DNA from: Eledone cirrhosa
Taxonomy: Eukaryota
Reading direction: 5' to 3'
Length of the DNA stretch: 64,000 nucleotides
Assembly: GCA_964016885.1 (NCBI GenBank)
Contig: OZ024754.1
Coordinates: forward strand, 24,862,001 to 24,926,000
Positions within the stretch are counted from its first letter, which is position 1, and each line of letters starts with the position of its first letter. Positions 62,301 to 64,000 of the stretch are shown here, one piece after another. The position numbers and the translations under genes are program-made. The notes under the pieces were generated by a model, which was not told the DNA's origin, made no database searches, and saw only the letters and a program-made list of their open reading frames with translations.

Positions 62301-64000
62301 AGGTGGTAGTACTTTGGTATTCAAGTGGTAGTACTTTGGTGTTGAAGTGGTAGTACTTTGGTGTTGAAGTGGTAGTACTTTGGTGTTGAGGTGGTAGTAC
62401 TTTGGTGTTGAAGTGATAGTACTTTGGTGTTGAAGTGGTAGTACTTTGGTATTCAAGTGATAGTACTTTGGTGTTGAAATGATAGTACGTTGGTGTTGAA
62501 CTTGTAGTACTTTGGTGTTGAAGTGATAGTACTTTGGTGTTGAAGTGATAGTACTTTGGTGTTGAAGTGATAGTACTTTGGTGTTGAAGTGATAGTACTT
62601 TGGTGTTGAAGTGGTAGTCCTTTGGTGTTGAGGTGGTAGTACTTTGGTGTTGAAGTGATAGTACTTTGGTGTTGAAGTGGTAGTACTTTGGTGTTGAAGT
62701 GATAGTACTTTGGTGTTGAAGTGGTAGTACTTTGGTGTTGAAGTGGTAGTACTTTGGTGTTGAGGTGGTAGTACTTTGGTATTCAAGTGATAGTACTTTG
62801 GTGTTGAAGTGGTAGTACTTTGGTGTTGAAGTGATAGTACTTTGGTATTCAAGTGATAGTACTTTGGTGTTGAAGTGGTAGTACTTTGGTGTTGAGGTGG
62901 TAGTACTTTGGTATTCAAGTGATAGTACTTTGGTGTTGAAGTGGTAGTACTTTGGTGTTGAAGTGATAGTACTTTGGTGTTGAAGTGGTAGTACTTTGGT
63001 GTTGAAGTGGTAGTACTTTGGTGTTGAGGTGGTAGTACTTTGGTATTCAAGTGATAGTACTTTGGTGTTGAAGTGGTAGTACTTTGGTGTTGAAGTGATA
63101 GTACTTTGGTGTTGAAGTGGTAGTACTTTGGTGTTGAAGTGGTAGTACTTTGGTGTTGAGGTGGTAGTACTTTGGTGTTGAAGTGATAGTACTTTGGTGT
63201 TGAAGTGATAGTACTTTGGTGTTGAAGTGGTAGTACTTTGGTGTTGAAGTGATAGTACTTTGGTGTTGAAGTGGTAGTACTTTGGTGTTGAAGTGATAGT
63301 ACTTTGGTGTTGAAGTGATAGTACTTTGGTGTTGAAGTGGTAGTACTTTGGTGTTGAAGTGATAGTACTTTGGTGTTGAAGTGGTAGTACTTTGGTGTTG
63401 AAGTGGTAGTACTTTGGTGTTGAAGTGATAGTACTTTGGTGTTGAAGTGGTAGTACTTTGGTGTTGAAGTGATAGTACTTTGGTGTTGAAGTGGTAGTAC
63501 TTTGGTGTTGAAGTGGTAGTACTTTGGTGTTGAGGTGGTAGTACTTTGGTGTTGAAGTGATAGTACTTTGGTGTTGAAGTGATAGTACTTTGGTGTTGAA
63601 GTGGTAGTACTTTGGTGTTGAAGTGATAGTACTTTGGTGTTGAAGTGGTAGTACTTTGGTGTTGAAGTGATAGTACTTTGGTGTTGAAGTGGTAGTACTT
63701 TGGTGTTGAAGTGGTAGTACTTTGGTGTTGAGGTGGTAGTAATTTGGTATTCAAGTGATAGTACTTTGGTGTTGAAGTGGTAGTACTTTGGTGTTGAAGT
63801 GATAGTACTTTGGTATTCAAGTGATAGTACTTTGGTGTTGAAGTGGTAGTACTTTGGTGTTGAAGTGATAGTACTTTGGTGTTGAAGTGGTAGTACTTTG
63901 GTGTTGAAGTGGTAGTACTTTGGTGTTGAAGTGATAGAACTTTGGTGTTGAAGTGGTAGTACTTTGGTGTTGAAGTGGTAGTACTTTGGTGTTGAGGTGG

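Larger units (their letters stand above)
4334..64000. repeat. 22-bp tandem satellite array, consensus ACTTTGGTGTTGAAGTG(G/A)TAGT, ~2,700 copies, runs off the window end
   Basis: Uninterrupted head-to-tail 22-mers in a single orientation with no inserted unique sequence. Most monomers are within 0-2 substitutions of the consensus. Confidence 0.99.

Noticed and set aside
4294-63820. Dozens of long minus-strand ORFs (up to 1,625 aa) resembling a mucin-like or repeat surface protein
   Set aside because: They are translations of a 22-bp (non-triplet) satellite and overlap in all three frames. They begin mostly at TTG or sporadic ATG variants and have no unique domain, signal peptide or codon-position bias.
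4334-64000. CRISPR array or other repeat-spacer system
   Set aside because: Monomers abut directly with no unique spacers, there are no cas or RT genes, and the context is eukaryotic.
4334-64000. Telomerase-synthesised long telomeric repeat (G/T-rich strand; ACTT..TGGTGT superficially like Candida-type repeats)
   Set aside because: Kilobase blocks of variant monomers are duplicated in register, which indicates recombinational amplification rather than templated addition. The flank looks metazoan, where TTAGGG-type telomeres are expected. A subtelomeric location remains possible.

Overview
Eukaryotic, repeat-only DNA with no credible protein-coding gene. The first ~4.3 kb is AT-rich and microsatellite-laden: (TA)n, (GT)n, (ATGT)n and (CCA/CCG)n tracts. 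It holds two minus-strand tRNA-derived SINE copies, one full length with a 16-bp target-site duplication. From memory they resemble an abundant octopus/mollusc SINE, so the host is inferred to be a cephalopod-like invertebrate; this is unverified. The flank also has a decayed minimal hammerhead-like motif (512-564, minus strand) and a ~270-nt segment with unusually many complementary blocks (1160-1430). From 4334 to the window end (~59.7 kb, ~2,700 copies) is one head-to-tail 22-bp satellite, ACTTTGGTGTTGAAGTG(G/A)TAGT. All long ORFs in the track are artefacts of this monomer having no stop codon in any minus-strand frame. Variant monomers record a layered history: 5-mer and 6-mer higher-order repeats, 1.3-4.4 kb block duplications, a recurring ordered variant cassette, regional variant domains and rare haplotypes shared 28-42 kb apart. 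I found no support for a novel protein-coding system. The best leads are the satellite architecture and the two structured-RNA candidates in the flank.
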